Virus record (IMG/VR): IMGVR_UViG_3300027764_000002
Coordinates: 1-34,984 of that record
DNA: 34,984 nucleotides
Reading direction: 5' to 3' (one strand)
From: a virus
Taxonomy: Duplodnaviria > Caudoviricetes
The notes beneath the pieces were generated by a model, which saw only the letters and a list, made by a program, of their open reading frames with translations, was not told the DNA's origin and searched no databases. The position numbers were made by a program, and so were the translations under genes. Position 1 is the stretch's first letter, and each line of letters begins with the position of its first letter. Shown piece after piece: positions 34,426-34,984 of this stretch.

Positions 34426-34984
34426 AGCTTTCTAAATCTGTAAATTAAATATCCAACTACTATAAGTATTAACCACAACCACCAAAACGATAAAATTAAA
34501 GTGCTATAATTAAACTGCTCTTTGTAAACTATCTTTGCGCTTTGAACCTTTTGTACTTCAATCTCGTTTGTAAGCGAATCTACAACGATTTTAGACACAG
34601 TTTTCTCATTTACAACAATAGTATTGTCTTTTCTTTTTTTCTTGCTTATACGGGCGTTTTTATACTTTGTAACTTTTCCCTCGTTGTTTATTATTTCAAT
34701 AGGTTGCGTACTATCGACAGCTTCAATTACAATTTCTTCTGTTTCAACATCAAATTTAATGGATGTGCTGTCTTTAGAAACACTATCAGTTCTTACTACT
34801 GCAATAGTTTTAGCAATGCTATCCGTTTTTGTAACTTCTTTGTTTACGTTTCGTGAGCCACAAGAAGTAAGTAATAATAAAGCAATAGATAGTATTATAG
34901 TTATTTTACGTGTTTCGCACCCCATTTTATGCACTCCTTTAGTTTGATTGCAATATTTACATTTGTCATTAGGCATAAAATGAC
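34422..34984 (-). CDS. 3' part of the origin-spanning ORF: unimolecular-spanin-like lipoprotein
   Basis: RK plus hydrophobic core plus lipobox LTS-C, periplasmic-type region, C-terminal TM LILSFWWLWLILIVVGYLIY followed by RFRK. Confidence 0.72.
   Translation of the reverse strand, partial: HFMPNDKCKYCNQTKGVHKMGCETRKITIILSIALLLLTSCGSRNVNKEVTKTDSIAKTIAVVRTDSVSKDSTSIKFDVETEEIVIEAVDSTQPIEIINNEGKVTKYKNARISKKKRKDNTIVVNEKTVSKIVVDSLTNEIEVQKVQSAKIVYKEQFNYSTLILSFWWLWLILIVVGYLIYRFRKL
34858..34984. repeat. Terminal 127-bp exact direct repeat (copy 2)
   Basis: Identical to 1..127. Confidence 0.95.

Noticed and set aside
22852-34947. Opposite-strand or out-of-frame ORFs (22852, 24954, 25072, 25835, 26042, 26341, 26767, 28873, 31608, 34542, 34624)
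   Set aside because: They overlap stronger genes or the RNA leader and lack leaders or motifs
1-34984. Stop-codon reassignment
   Set aside because: Genes tile densely under the standard code, and TAA, TGA and TAG all end genes at sensible positions
1-34984. tRNA genes, CRISPR array, integrase or att site
   Set aside because: No cloverleaf, regularly spaced repeat-spacer array or recombinase motifs noticed by eye; tRNAscan-SE would be needed to exclude tRNAs formally

Overview
The window is an apparently complete, circularly permuted genome (34,857 bp unique plus a 127-bp end overlap) of an AT-rich, HK97-fold tailed phage. The host is probably Bacteroidota (Flavobacterium-like), inferred from TAnnTTTG promoters, A-rich leaders without Shine-Dalgarno sequences and the primase type. 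The minus strand (22.4 kb down to 1, wrapping to 33.5 kb) carries terminase, portal, protease, capsid, tail, tape measure, fibre and lysis genes. The plus strand (22.66-33.46 kb) carries small early genes, an SSB-like gene, a primase-helicase, an SF2 helicase, VRR-NUC and two HNH endonucleases. I saw no integrase, repressor cluster, tRNA or CRISPR array. The most notable features are largely non-coding. (1) A promoter module (AGTAGT-N7-ACTACT inverted repeat, promoter, kissing-loop two-hairpin RNA ending in a terminator) occurs three times with compensatory base changes, twice heading HNH genes. (2) One HNH cassette sits in the helicase Walker A codons and carries a recoded replacement 5' end of the helicase. 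(3) A covarying GTGA-tetraloop hairpin lies a fixed 10 nt before two structural-gene start codons. (4) A candidate sRNA is antisense to several start-codon regions. All calls come from manual reading; no database searches were run.
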